From a candidate division FCPU426 bacterium (GTDB taxonomy: Bacteria > Oederibacteriota > Muellerivitia > Muellerivitales > Muellerivitaceae), in NCBI GenBank assembly GCA_963796105.1, contig CAWCKJ010000004.1:224001-288000 (forward strand): a stretch of 64,000 bases of DNA, written 5' to 3'. The stretch's first letter is position 1, and every line of letters begins with the position of its first letter. The notes under the pieces were generated by a model. It saw nothing but the letters and a program-made list of their open reading frames with translations, did no database searches and was not told where the DNA came from. Shown here piece by piece: positions 21,576 through 31,882 of this stretch. The position numbers and the translations under genes were made by a program.

Positions 21576-21793
21576 AATTCTTTCCTTACTCGGTTTATGC
21601 AAATTCCAAATGCATGTTGTGGTCGACTATCCGCCTCTTTCATACTGTTCCTCATATAAAATTTAAAAAATGAGAACAGCATAGTGCTTTAGCACAGAGG
21701 GGGAAGATTAAAAAATCAATAGACCGCAGGCGCTTTGTACATAGGCATAGAAACTTGCGACATCCTAACTCATGGCCGGAATAATTTCGACGC

Positions 21794-22957
21794 TTAACCA
21801 GGTTCCGAATCCGTGTACTTCGCCCCGTTAGCCGGGGAGAAGACATAAACTTCCGCTTCCTTGCCCGTTTCCCGCTGGTAGCCGTCCAGGATCTCGCGGC
21901 GGAACCCCGCCACGGCCTCCTCCCGAACCAGGTTCACGGTGCAGCCCCCGAAACCCGCGCCGGTCATCCGGCCCCCATACACTTGGGGGTTGTTCTTGGC
22001 GATCCTCACCATCACATCCAGCTCCCTACAGCTCACCTCGTAATCGCTCTTGAGGGACTCGTGGGACTCGTACATCAGACGGCCCATGGCCGGATAATCC
22101 CCTTTCTCCAGGGCGGCCACCGCGTCCAGGACCCTTTGGTTCTCCGTCACCACGTGCCGGACCCTTTTAAGGACCACCGGGTCCAGGAGGCCCTGGTGTT
22201 TCTTCAAGTCCTCCAGGGAAAGGTGCCTGAGGGATTGCACAGCGGGGAGCCTCGCGTTCAGCGCCCTCAATCCCCTTTCGCATTCCCTGCGCCTGTCGTT
22301 ATAGGCGGAACCGGCCAGGGTGCGCTTGACCTTCGTGTCGCAAACCACCACCTTCACCGGCCCCTTCAAGGGAACCCAGCCGCACTTCAGGCTCTTGCAG
22401 TCGATCAGGAGAGCCTGGCCCTCCTTGCATAGATAAGAGGCGTATTGGTCCATGATTCCGCAGTTCACCCCGACGAACTGGTTTTCCGCCGCCTGGGCGG
22501 TCTTGACCAGGTCCAGGTCCGCCATTTCGAAACCGGAGATTTTTTGCAAAAACACCGCGGAAGCCACTTCCAAGGCGGCCGAGGAGCTCAAGCCGGCCCC
22601 CTGGGGAAGATCCCCTTTCAGGACCGCCTGGCACCCCTTGAGTTTCATTCCCCTTTTCTGGAGCTGGTCTGCCACGCCCTTGAAATAGTTGACCCAGGGG
22701 TTCTTCAGATCGGATACAAGCTGGTCGAGGCTGAATTCAACGGCTTGGTTGTAATCGGCGGAGTGAAGCCGGACGGTCCGATCCTCGCGCGCCGCTCCCA
22801 AAATGGCGACCCCCTTATCCACCGCCATGGGAAGGACGAACCCGTCGTTATAGTCGGTGTGTTCCCCGATGAGGTTCACTCTCCCCGGCGCCCAGGAAAA
22901 AACATTTGGCTGGCCGGAGAAGGCACGGGCGTAAATAAGTTCCATCGATTTTTTCAA
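21794..22957 (-). CDS. galK: Galactokinase
   Basis: APGRVNLIGEHTDYNDG, PQGAGLSSSAA, CGIMDQ, GGRMTGAGFGG. Confidence 0.95.
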   Translation of the reverse strand: MKKSMELIYARAFSGQPNVFSWAPGRVNLIGEHTDYNDGFVLPMAVDKGVAILGAAREDRTVRLHSADYNQAVEFSLDQLVSDLKNPWVNYFKGVADQLQKRGMKLKGCQAVLKGDLPQGAGLSSSAALEVASAVFLQKISGFEMADLDLVKTAQAAENQFVGVNCGIMDQYASYLCKEGQALLIDCKSLKCGWVPLKGPVKVVVCDTKVKRTLAGSAYNDRRRECERGLRALNARLPAVQSLRHLSLEDLKKHQGLLDPVVLKRVRHVVTENQRVLDAVAALEKGDYPAMGRLMYESHESLKSDYEVSCRELDVMVRIAKNNPQVYGGRMTGAGFGGCTVNLVREEAVAGFRREILDGYQRETGKEAEVYVFSPANGAKYTDSEPG

Positions 22958-23012
22958 AAAGACTCCAAATCACAAAATATTTTATCGGATTAAGAACTTC
23001 TAACAAAAAAGC

Positions 23013-23119
23013 TTTCACCACAGGCTGCCTTCGGCAGCACACAGAGACACAGTTAAAATCCTTTCAATTTTGAGGTTTTTCCTAACTGTGCCTTTGTGGT
23101 TCCGAAGGAACCCGTGGTG
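23013..23119. repeat. REP-like CACCACAG...GTGGTG palindromic element
   Basis: TTTCACCACAGGCTGCCTTCGGCAG matches the reverse complement of 699-725. Related half-copies at 36590, 43493 and 49361. Confidence 0.65.
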
Positions 23120-23169
23120 GATTTATATTTTTGTTAGTTCCTCCAAGTTTGTTTCAATGCAAAATGGAT

Positions 23170-26100
23170 CTACTTCACCCATTCGAAATCAGAAATCCAA
23201 AACTCCCCCTCAGCCGGGGTCATAGGCTGGATCTTGAATTGGCTGAGGGTGGTGGTATCCAAGGGAGCGTCCTTGGCCTCGGTCTCCCAGGGGGCCCTCT
23301 GCAACTCTGAAAAAAGCACCGTGTATTCCGCCATGTCGCCCGTGAGGGTGAGGGATTTTCCGAAGTCGTGGTTATTGGTGTCCTGAACGGCCATCCGCAA
23401 CCCGACTCCCGCCCCCTTCGCCTTGAACTTGAACCCCTGGTAATGTCCCGCCATGTATTTCCCCGAGGCTCCCGTCATGCACCATTTTCCCACCGCGAAA
23501 TTGACGTGAAGAACCTGGTTGGCGTCGATGGACTTGTCCAGTTTGAACCCGCCGTCCCCGGTGGTCCAAAGGCTGTCCCCCTCCGCTAATTTCAGGAGTC
23601 CCGCGCCTTTTGCCGCGGGGGCCGGGGCGGATGTTTTTCGGACATTGGCGACCTCAAACCATCCCTCTGTCGGGCTCAGGGGCTGGACCTTGAATTTTTG
23701 GGTGCCCTTCAGGTCGAGGGGCAATTTGTCCTTCGCGACCGTCCAGGGGGGCTGGACTAGGTCGGTGAAATATAGGGTGACCGGCTTCCAATCGGCGGAG
23801 GCTGTCACTTCCGTCCCCCAGTCCTCGGCGTTGGCGTCGTCGATGGCCACCCTCAGGCGGCAATTGTTGCCCCGGAGCTGGAAAACCAGTCCGGAGGAAG
23901 TGGACAAGTCCCCTCCCGCAGTCACGACCGAGGTGCACCATTCCCCGACCTTGAAATCGCCCCGGAAGGCCTTGCCCCCGCCCGGCGCGGTCTCCACGAT
24001 GGACTTGTCCAGGCTTCCGCCGTTTCCCCCGCCGGTCCAAATGGAGTCGGCCGAGATACTGTTGAAATCAGCCACGACGGACGGGTCCGGCCTGGAGGGT
24101 TTGGTCTGGGCCAGGGCCGCTTCTTTCTTGGTTTCAGCCGGGTCCTGGAGGGTGAGTGCCTTGTTCCAGGGGGTGTCCATATAGGAGGCGAACAACACCG
24201 AGGGATCGGGCCCAGCCTCGTTGGTAAGGTAGGAATTATCGGCATCGATGTAGAAGGGCAGGCCCGATCCGTCGTCGATGATTCCCGGCACCACGGCGCC
24301 AGGCATGTTTTTCTTCAGGCCCGTGGCCTGGTGCTGGACCTGCTTGGAACCGCGCCCCACCACGAAACAATAGCCGGAGGGATTGGCCCCGTAGATCCAT
24401 TGCCTGTAGGATTCCACCGAGTCCGCTCCCCCGCTCTCCGGCAGGATCTTCTTGATCAAATAGCGCTCCATGGCCCTGGAGACCATGTCGCCGCTGTTGC
24501 CCCAGCCGGTCTGGACGAAATAATCCACCCCGAACGGGTTCTTGGTCTCTCCCTTGTCCAGTTGCTTCATCCGGTTCAACAGCCAGTCCTTGACGCTGTC
24601 CTTATCCGCCCCGTCCGGCATCACGGGATAAAACCGGATCAAGGCGATGGTGTTGTTCCCGCTCCAAGCCATGAAGGCCGGCTTCATCGACAGCATGGCG
24701 GGAAGGCGCTTGAGGGCCTCCTGGAGGTACTTGTCCACCAGGGTCAGGCGGTAGAGCTCCACCGCCGCCCAGAAAAAGCAGGAATCGTTGCCGGGATATA
24801 CCCCGAAGGCCCAGGGCTGGTCAGGCTGGGGAGGGCATTTCTCGATGAACTCCCAGGCCTTCTGCGCGCTTTGGGCGAGTTTCGCGGCGTAGTCCGGGTC
24901 TGGGCCTTGAAGAATCTGCGCCCCCATGGCCGCCGCCGCCGCCCAGCGGGCCGTCACGTTGGCCCACTTGTCCGAGTCCAGGAGCCTGTCTTTCTCGGAC
25001 TCGACCGTTCCCTTGTAATCGAAACCGTTCCAAACCCTCTCGAAGACGCCCCCGTCCTTATCCTGCATCTTCAGGCACCAATCAGCCGTGTACTCGGCCT
25101 CATGCACCATGGCGTCCTTGCCGTCCAGGTCCGGCTCCATCCTGGTATGGAACTGGTCCTCAACCAAGAGGAATCCCGCCAGGCCCAGGGGGGCGTTGCC
25201 CATGTATTTCCCGAAATCACCAGCGTCATGCCATCCGCCCGAGACATCCACCCGGGTGCCGGGTTTGAAGACAGGGGGAAACTGGAGGATGGTCTGGCCC
25301 GAGCGGACATCGTCCGGCCCGGCCTGGACCGCGTCATCCAGGTGGCAGGGGCCGTGGAAAGTAGAGGCGTCTGTCCCGCATTTCTCCGCGACGAACACCC
25401 CGTTGAGGGCCATGGGGATCGTGGCGTCGTAAACTCCCGTGGTGATGGGGAAAGGTTGGGTTTTGACATTGCCCACGCTCAGGGTGAAATCCTGGCCCGT
25501 TCCGGTGAAATCATTGAAATAGAGGTAGTAATAATCCCGCCTCCAAATGGTTCCCCATTTCCGAAGGGGTCCTGAATAGACTTCCTTGCCGCCCTGCGAC
25601 AGGGAGAAGGTCCAAGCCGGGGGCTTGTCCCCGCTTGGCACCTCCAGGTAAGCGGTCTTCTTTCCGATGGGCAGGTAACCCACTTGGCAGTAGCGGATCT
25701 CGGGGCCGGCAATCGGCCTGTAGGGGCTCGGGTCGAACATGCCAGAGATGTTTTTGGCGCCAGCGGGGGGATTGGCGGTATAAACCACCCGGCCCGGCGA
25801 GTCGTCCTCAAGGGGTTTTTGAATGGCATCATCCAGGGTTTGAGTAACCGCCTCACCCGGGATCAGGTAATAGCCTTCCTTCTCGCCGGAATCACTTCCG
25901 GTTGCCGGAACGAAGGTCCCGGTTGGGCCGGCCAGCACCAGGTCCCCGAAACAGGAGGGGTCCTTGTAGGCTCGGTTGTCGAAGGAGGACCAGGTGAGCA
26001 TCCGGTCCCGTTCCGCTTTCGTATCGGCGTCATTGACGGCAAACTCGAATCCCAGGACCTTGCCCGCTTGCAGGAGGTTCGAGAAGCCGAGGGCCGCCGT

Positions 26101-26718
26101 GTCGATGGAAGCCTCGATGACGTAGCCGGAGCGTTTTCCGGAGGTATAAGGTTTGGAGACGGATTTCACTGCCGCTTGGAACTTGTCGTTATCGATGTCC
26201 GACGCGTGGTTCCCGAGATACGCCCCGCCGTAAACGCCGTCCTGGCCCTCGAAAGGAACGAACCGAAGCTGGAAATCACCCGCCCGGTAGGGGGGCATCC
26301 TGCCCGCCTCGAAGAAGGGGGAGTCATGGTTGAATGAAAAATAAATTTCCACGGAGTCCGAGTTCCAGGCCTGGCCCAGGTCCGGACTGGTGTTCTTGAT
26401 GATGACATCATCCAAAACGATGGCCGCGAAGAATATCTTGTCGCCTTTCCAAGCCACCGAATACCAGGCTTCGATGTCCTCCGGGGACTTGACGGCTTTC
26501 CCGTAAATTCGGGATTTGCTCATGAACCAGGAAGGCGTTTGGGCAGAAACATGGACGAAGGGGGCTTTCCATCCGGTCAAGCTCGCGTCAATAACCGGCG
26601 CCTCGGCCACCTCCACCGCCGTGATCACCCCATGGGTATGGGCCGAAGCCGTCCCAAAAACCGAACAAACCAGGAAAATTCCCGCGCAAAAATTGATCAC
26701 CTTATTCGTTCGTGTCAT
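23170..26718 (-). CDS. Multimodular GH9 glycoside hydrolase (CBM9-like N-terminus, Ig-like domain, GH9 core, two CBM11-like C-terminal domains)
   Basis: Signal peptide. DSVEIYF...YVIEASI...GFEFAVNDAD (CBM9/DOMON-like). QVGYLP, DVSGGWHDAGDFGKY, YIDADNSYLTNE. Confidence 0.85.
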   Translation of the reverse strand: MTRTNKVINFCAGIFLVCSVFGTASAHTHGVITAVEVAEAPVIDASLTGWKAPFVHVSAQTPSWFMSKSRIYGKAVKSPEDIEAWYSVAWKGDKIFFAAIVLDDVIIKNTSPDLGQAWNSDSVEIYFSFNHDSPFFEAGRMPPYRAGDFQLRFVPFEGQDGVYGGAYLGNHASDIDNDKFQAAVKSVSKPYTSGKRSGYVIEASIDTAALGFSNLLQAGKVLGFEFAVNDADTKAERDRMLTWSSFDNRAYKDPSCFGDLVLAGPTGTFVPATGSDSGEKEGYYLIPGEAVTQTLDDAIQKPLEDDSPGRVVYTANPPAGAKNISGMFDPSPYRPIAGPEIRYCQVGYLPIGKKTAYLEVPSGDKPPAWTFSLSQGGKEVYSGPLRKWGTIWRRDYYYLYFNDFTGTGQDFTLSVGNVKTQPFPITTGVYDATIPMALNGVFVAEKCGTDASTFHGPCHLDDAVQAGPDDVRSGQTILQFPPVFKPGTRVDVSGGWHDAGDFGKYMGNAPLGLAGFLLVEDQFHTRMEPDLDGKDAMVHEAEYTADWCLKMQDKDGGVFERVWNGFDYKGTVESEKDRLLDSDKWANVTARWAAAAAMGAQILQGPDPDYAAKLAQSAQKAWEFIEKCPPQPDQPWAFGVYPGNDSCFFWAAVELYRLTLVDKYLQEALKRLPAMLSMKPAFMAWSGNNTIALIRFYPVMPDGADKDSVKDWLLNRMKQLDKGETKNPFGVDYFVQTGWGNSGDMVSRAMERYLIKKILPESGGADSVESYRQWIYGANPSGYCFVVGRGSKQVQHQATGLKKNMPGAVVPGIIDDGSGLPFYIDADNSYLTNEAGPDPSVLFASYMDTPWNKALTLQDPAETKKEAALAQTKPSRPDPSVVADFNSISADSIWTGGGNGGSLDKSIVETAPGGGKAFRGDFKVGEWCTSVVTAGGDLSTSSGLVFQLRGNNCRLRVAIDDANAEDWGTEVTASADWKPVTLYFTDLVQPPWTVAKDKLPLDLKGTQKFKVQPLSPTEGWFEVANVRKTSAPAPAAKGAGLLKLAEGDSLWTTGDGGFKLDKSIDANQVLHVNFAVGKWCMTGASGKYMAGHYQGFKFKAKGAGVGLRMAVQDTNNHDFGKSLTLTGDMAEYTVLFSELQRAPWETEAKDAPLDTTTLSQFKIQPMTPAEGEFWISDFEWVK

Positions 26719-26792
26719 GTTGCCCCACCTTTGTATTAATCAGGTATTGATGTAGTGATTGTAAATACAGGAAAATTTACGTCAATGAATTC

Positions 26793-26961
26793 GCCACAGA
26801 TTCAGGAGATGTGCCAATTAACCTCTAAACCAATTAAGAAAATCGGTACTATACCGAACTTTCATTGAAAGCCCTAATGAGGTTCGGCATGCATTTAGAT
26901 TGGCTAAAATTAAAAGGCTTTAATTGTTTAGTAAATCCCATGTATCCCGTGCATCCGTGGC
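26793..26961. repeat. REP-like intergenic inverted repeat (opposite orientation) with nested ~80-bp insert
   Basis: Its arms are reverse complements of those of the 16306-16478 copy. Confidence 0.7.
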
Positions 26962-26972
26962 CAATGTTGCTG

Positions 26973-28310
26973 TTATTTCTGATTGAAGAACTTCTTATTA
27001 ATTTCCTTCGTCAATCCCGGCAGGATTTCCGCGGGCGTTTGCTTCCCTTCCCAAGCCTTATCCATGGCTGTATTGACGGTCCCATAATAAATCTCCGACC
27101 AGTTCTTTAGGAAGGGCTCATAAACGCTATGGTCCGGCATATCCAACAGGATGGCCTTGCTGGGGGCCCCCGGGCTCTTCAGGAAGGCGTCGGAGGCGGC
27201 TAGTTTCTTGTCCGCCGGCAGGACCCAGCCCGTCTCGGCCAGCTGGGCCACGGCCGTTTCGGAGCACAGAATCTTGACCACTTCCCAGGCCAGGGCCTTG
27301 TCCTTGCAGGTGGCGGCGATGGCGAACCCCGCGCCGCCGGTCGCCCAGCGCCGGAGGCCCGTGGGGCCGTCCGGGAAAGGCACGACGTCGAAATCGAGGC
27401 CCTTGGTCTTGAGGAAATTGGGGGTCTCCCAAAGGCCGGAATCCATCATGGCAATCCGGCCGTTCATGAACATGGCCGCCACCGAATTGCCGACCCCGAA
27501 AGCCTGGATGGAGGCCGGGGCCGGGACCACCCGGTATTTGTGCATCAGGTCCCAGTAGAACTGGAAGCCGCGGATGGCTTCGGGCGTGTCCAGCGCCAGC
27601 CGGGTGGGGTGCTCGGTGTCGTCCACGAAATTGCCGCCGCTGCTGAACAGGAAATTATCGCAATTGGTGATCCAGGAGTCGCAAAAGGCCCAGCGCGTGA
27701 CTTTGCCGGAGGGGTCCTTTTTCATCAGCTTCTGGCAGATGGAAAGGAAGGGCTCGGGCCAGGACCAGTCGGCCTTGGGATAGGGCAGTCCCGCCTCCCG
27801 GAAGGCCTTGCGGTTGTAATAGACCAGCCCCATGGGCGAGGTGTCCTGGGGCAGGACGTATAGGCGGCCCCCGGGGCTGAAGCGTTTGACGATCCCCGGA
27901 TAATCGTTCTTCAGGTCCATTCCGTCCTTTTGGGGGAAATCCGTCAGGTCCGCCAGCACACCGCGCATTTGGAGGTCCACGTAATTATTCACCGCCAGCA
28001 TCAGGATATCCGGTGCGGTGCCGGACGCGATCTCCGAGGTGATTTTTTCCTCATAGCTGGTGTAGGGGATGTATTCCAGGCGCACCTGGTAACCGGGGTG
28101 TTGTTTCTCGAAATCCTTGACCGTATCCGCTAGGAGGGGGAAATGCGGCTCCCCCAGCCAGGTGGTGACCCGGATCACCTTGCCCCCCAGCTTGAGGCAA
28201 CCTTGGATGGGGAAAAAGAGGGCAGCCGCCAAGAGCATCCATATCCAACCCTGAATTCTCACACGCGATATTAAAAACTTTTTCAAGGAGCTAACCTCTC
28301 TAATTGGCAT
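26973..28310 (-). CDS. Sugar ABC transporter substrate-binding lipoprotein (paralog of 738..2033)
   Basis: IQGC lipobox. Shares WxWPEPFL, RLALD, SDAFLKSPGA, PFLKxWSEI with the first SBP. True start may be the TTG at 28286 (AGAGAGG upstream). Confidence 0.9.
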   Translation of the reverse strand: MPIREVSSLKKFLISRVRIQGWIWMLLAAALFFPIQGCLKLGGKVIRVTTWLGEPHFPLLADTVKDFEKQHPGYQVRLEYIPYTSYEEKITSEIASGTAPDILMLAVNNYVDLQMRGVLADLTDFPQKDGMDLKNDYPGIVKRFSPGGRLYVLPQDTSPMGLVYYNRKAFREAGLPYPKADWSWPEPFLSICQKLMKKDPSGKVTRWAFCDSWITNCDNFLFSSGGNFVDDTEHPTRLALDTPEAIRGFQFYWDLMHKYRVVPAPASIQAFGVGNSVAAMFMNGRIAMMDSGLWETPNFLKTKGLDFDVVPFPDGPTGLRRWATGGAGFAIAATCKDKALAWEVVKILCSETAVAQLAETGWVLPADKKLAASDAFLKSPGAPSKAILLDMPDHSVYEPFLKNWSEIYYGTVNTAMDKAWEGKQTPAEILPGLTKEINKKFFNQK

Positions 28311-28316
28311 TGTACC

Positions 28317-28345
28317 GGCTCCCCGGATTCAACGATTTACGAACT
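28317..28345 (+). other. Left attachment junction (core + element arm)
   Basis: GGCTCCCCG + GATTCAACGATTTACGAACT. The arm is an imperfect reverse complement of GGTTCGCAAAAGCGTTTGAA at 36471-36490. Confidence 0.8.
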
Positions 28346-28436
28346 TTTCGCCTAGAATTCCCTAAATAAAATTAAACCAGGGCCGGATTCAACGATTTGC
28401 GAACCCTTGAACTCTTAATATTCAATGTTTAAAAAT

Positions 28437-28904
28437 CTAAATACCATCAAACATTTTACCGATTAAAAGATTAGCAAAAAAATACGCACCAATCAGGAAC
28501 AAAACAACACCCGCCTGCTTCCTTGCTATCTCATAATTACCTCTAAGCAAAAATAATAACATTCCGCAATAAGAAACAATTAATGCACTAAATAAATTGC
28601 GATATCTATTTAGTATTTCCGTGAGAGAAAAATGATCTGTATTAGCATAATCAAATAATTGTTCGCCACAGGTAAATGGATAAAGCCACACAACGAGGAG
28701 AATAAATGAAAGTAAAAGAACAACTTGTCCTGAAATAAAACGGAAATATCTTTTATTCTCGCAAAGCATGTAAATTCCCAAAAAAGGAAAACCATAAGGA
28801 ACAACGATAAAAGAAACCAGAAGAATTAATCCACTAATCACATTCCATAAAAATTTGAACACGTCAATTGTTTCATGAATAAATTTCATCGGGTTGAAAT
28901 CCAA
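28437..28904 (-). CDS. Hypothetical membrane protein (cargo)
   Basis: AT-rich ORF with about 4 hydrophobic segments. Confidence 0.6.
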   Translation of the reverse strand: MDFNPMKFIHETIDVFKFLWNVISGLILLVSFIVVPYGFPFLGIYMLCENKRYFRFISGQVVLLLSFILLVVWLYPFTCGEQLFDYANTDHFSLTEILNRYRNLFSALIVSYCGMLLFLLRGNYEIARKQAGVVLFLIGAYFFANLLIGKMFDGI

Positions 28905-28922
28905 TGCAGTTTTAATAAATTC

Positions 28923-29279
28923 CTATTGAATTAATCCAAAGGATCGATAAACAAAAAAACACTGATAACTGATCTTAAATATAAGAAACGCAAAAGCAAT
29001 AAATGTCACTATAAGAACAATCTTCCATTTTCTATTTGTTATAGATCGAAGGCCGAATGGTAATAAAATTGCACCAAGAGCCGGTACCCAATATGGATTC
29101 GTTTTATAGGCAATCCTAACAATAATGGGAACCCGGTTAAGTCTATCTTCACCTACACTGCCAAGCCCTTCAAATATCATTGGAAAAATAAACACAAAAT
29201 AAAAACATAAAAGAGCTGGAATAAAAAATATACTGATTACCATAATTATTTGAAAAAATTTTGATTTTTTTGAAATCAT
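28923..29279 (-). CDS. Hypothetical membrane protein (cargo)
   Basis: 118 aa with about 3 hydrophobic segments. Confidence 0.55.
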   Translation of the reverse strand: MISKKSKFFQIIMVISIFFIPALLCFYFVFIFPMIFEGLGSVGEDRLNRVPIIVRIAYKTNPYWVPALGAILLPFGLRSITNRKWKIVLIVTFIAFAFLIFKISYQCFFVYRSFGLIQ

Positions 29280-29331
29280 CTAAATTTTGTTTCTTCGCAA
29301 TGTCTCCCCATTCCATACGTTTTGCGAATTT

Positions 29332-29916
29332 TTAAATTCGTTGATATTTATCTATTTTATAAGCCATTATTGTTGTAACGATGTTACCGATTACCAATAT
29401 CAGCACAAATGCTAAAAACGAATGAATAATTTCTGCTTGTAAATAAACCATTATTACTAAAACTAAATAGGCCACTTCTAGGGTAACCATTTGTATTTCT
29501 GAGTATATATTTTTATCTTTTTCTAAAATATATATCCAAGGGATGAGCGCAACACAAGCAGACCAAAGAAGTCTTGGTATAAAAGAATGATCGGTTGCTG
29601 TTTTTGTGAAAATAATCAATATTGCAAAACACCATAATGTCGTTATAAGTATGCGATACAATGAACTAAGTGCTCCCCAAAAATAACCTTTTTTCTTATT
29701 ACCGCTTACAAAACTTTCAGATGCTAATGCAAGTAAAAATAATCCAGGCATCATTGGAATTGGAAGTAAAAATGCTGGTGCAGTAATTTCTAGAAAAAAT
29801 CCTATAGCTATTGCTCCCCATTCGCCCAAGATGGCCAACCATATGAGCGAAACAATACCACTTAAAATAGAAAAAATGGCCAATACAATACCTAAACCCG
29901 TAAGAAGTATTTTCAT
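29332..29916 (-). CDS. Hypothetical polytopic membrane protein (cargo)
   Basis: RBS AGGAG. About 6 hydrophobic segments. Confidence 0.7.
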   Translation of the reverse strand: MKILLTGLGIVLAIFSILSGIVSLIWLAILGEWGAIAIGFFLEITAPAFLLPIPMMPGLFLLALASESFVSGNKKKGYFWGALSSLYRILITTLWCFAILIIFTKTATDHSFIPRLLWSACVALIPWIYILEKDKNIYSEIQMVTLEVAYLVLVIMVYLQAEIIHSFLAFVLILVIGNIVTTIMAYKIDKYQRI

Positions 29917-29964
29917 AGCATCTCCTAAATCAAATCAGGGATAGACATAATTCGCTCCCGTGCC

Positions 29965-30417
29965 TTATTTGTATTTTTTTGGTTTATGACCGATTAAATG
30001 GACTTCTGATAAGTATGAATCGATATCATTTTCCTTACCGTAAATATCTTCGCGGATTGTCTTAACCACAGTACGCAATAATTCGTCATGTTTAATTGAC
30101 CATTCTTTTGATTCCCTTGGAATTTCAGTATTACTTTGACGAATGAAATTATGAAATTTCATCAACTCTTGAACGACAGAGGGAGCGGCAATGACGATTA
30201 AACTATTAAAACTTTCCGATAATCTTTTTTGTGCATCATCGTCATTATTATCAATCGCAACATCGCTCATAGATTTTATATACAATCGATAATATTCTTG
30301 TTTTATCTTTCTTTCTTCAGATTCTCGTTGTTGTTTTTTTGTTAGGTAATAGGTAATGAATGATCCCAAAATACCTACCAATGCAGTAATTGTGATTGTA
30401 ATAAATTGGGCATCCAT
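29965..30417 (-). CDS. Hypothetical protein with N-terminal TM helix (cargo)
   Basis: RBS AAGGA. Single TM segment followed by a charged helical domain. Confidence 0.7.
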   Translation of the reverse strand: MDAQFITITITALVGILGSFITYYLTKKQQRESEERKIKQEYYRLYIKSMSDVAIDNNDDDAQKRLSESFNSLIVIAAPSVVQELMKFHNFIRQSNTEIPRESKEWSIKHDELLRTVVKTIREDIYGKENDIDSYLSEVHLIGHKPKKYK

Positions 30418-30442
30418 ATGCTTTTCCTTTCCGGAAATAGGT

Positions 30443-31078
30443 CTAAGGTGAATTAAAAATATTAAATATATTTTTAATACAAACTACAAAAAGAGAATTA
30501 AAACCGATTAAAAAATACGATAAATACAAAAACCGCATGCAATCAACATTTTGATCTAGTTTAAGAAACAATGAAAATATCTTTCCATCTTTCGAACCCT
30601 TTAATTCTCTCGTGAAAAATTTCCATATTTTATTCGGAAATAATCTTTTTAACGGTGCATAAAAATCTAAAAATGTCATAAGACTTAATGCTTCTATAAT
30701 ACTTAGTGCTAGAAAAAACCACCCTTCATAAAACAAAGGTTTCCATTCAATAGGGTGTTTCCCTTGAAGGGAAGATACTTCCGCAAATGACATGGATAGT
30801 AGAAAAAGGGTTAATGTAATTAACCATTTAAAATAATCTGTCCAACTTTTACGAAAAGATTCGATTACCGATTTTGTTGGAATTTTAATTTTCAGTGGTT
30901 TAAATTTTGATTTGTGTTTATTTTTGTCCTTTTTAATCAAAATAAACCAAATCAGATCAACAATAACTATTTGCACAATAAGCCATTTAAAAATTTCTAA
31001 TGGTATTTTTAAAAAAGATAAAAGGAATATCCAAATCAAAAGGGAAACAAGGTATTTAACAAATTCTTTGAAATTCAT
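30443..31078 (-). CDS. Hypothetical membrane protein (cargo)
   Basis: 211 aa with several hydrophobic segments. Confidence 0.6.
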   Translation of the reverse strand: MNFKEFVKYLVSLLIWIFLLSFLKIPLEIFKWLIVQIVIVDLIWFILIKKDKNKHKSKFKPLKIKIPTKSVIESFRKSWTDYFKWLITLTLFLLSMSFAEVSSLQGKHPIEWKPLFYEGWFFLALSIIEALSLMTFLDFYAPLKRLFPNKIWKFFTRELKGSKDGKIFSLFLKLDQNVDCMRFLYLSYFLIGFNSLFVVCIKNIFNIFNSP

Positions 31079-31117
31079 TTAACTTCCCAGTTATAACCCG
31101 AATTAAAGTAGAAGAAA

Positions 31118-31882
31118 CTACACGGTTATTAATTTCGATAATTCTTTGTTTAAGAACAACATAAAATTTTTTAAGATTGGGACAGAACGGTAAAAATATT
31201 TTAAGTTTGTTTGCAAACGAACTCTTTTTTTATATCCCATAGTTTTCAAATACTTCTCGTCTTGAATACCGTGGTTATGAACTACTAAATTTCTGCGAAG
31301 TGATATCTCTTTAATTTTTTCCCAATCTTTAAATCCTGATTTGATATCTATTTTAAATTTGTTTTCAAGAAGCAATCCCAATCCAATAATGCCGCTATCT
31401 AAAGTATTTTTAATTTCTTTATCAACCATAGCAGAGATTATTTTTTCAATACTTCCAAGGTTTATTATTTCTTTATATAAAATTGGCTTGTCGTTTTTCA
31501 GGTAGGATGTTTTCAAAAATAAAACTTGTCGAAGTTGTAATTCAACAAAATTTTCAAATAAAATAACCAAATAAGTTAAAGCCATATTTGCCAAAAAATT
31601 CTTTTTCGTAAATTCACTAAGCGATTCCGCTAAAAATATTTTTACATTATCTGATTTTGGATTAAACTTTTTATTCTTTTCTACAACTCCGAAAATAGCT
31701 GCATTTTTTCTTAGCTCGGCCTTCTCCTTGAAGGAAAGATTGTCGAAAGTAACCGTATGTTTGCTTGAAATTAAAATTTCTGTATCTTTTACAAGAGATT
31801 CAAGTAAATCAATATTTGCCGAACTGTAATTTAAAAATGCTCGTAAGGCCTTAATACTATCTTTTTTTTTAACTATTTTCAT
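31118..31882 (-). CDS. Putative HEPN-domain protein
   Basis: Helical protein with LFENFV and a C-terminal RNLVVH (Rx4H) followed by NHG. Confidence 0.6.
   Translation of the reverse strand: MKIVKKKDSIKALRAFLNYSSANIDLLESLVKDTEILISSKHTVTFDNLSFKEKAELRKNAAIFGVVEKNKKFNPKSDNVKIFLAESLSEFTKKNFLANMALTYLVILFENFVELQLRQVLFLKTSYLKNDKPILYKEIINLGSIEKIISAMVDKEIKNTLDSGIIGLGLLLENKFKIDIKSGFKDWEKIKEISLRRNLVVHNHGIQDEKYLKTMGYKKRVRLQTNLKYFYRSVPILKNFMLFLNKELSKLITV

Noticed and set aside
29951..29964. GCTCCCGTGC resembling the host side of the att site
   Set aside because: Too short, and it lacks the accompanying arm.
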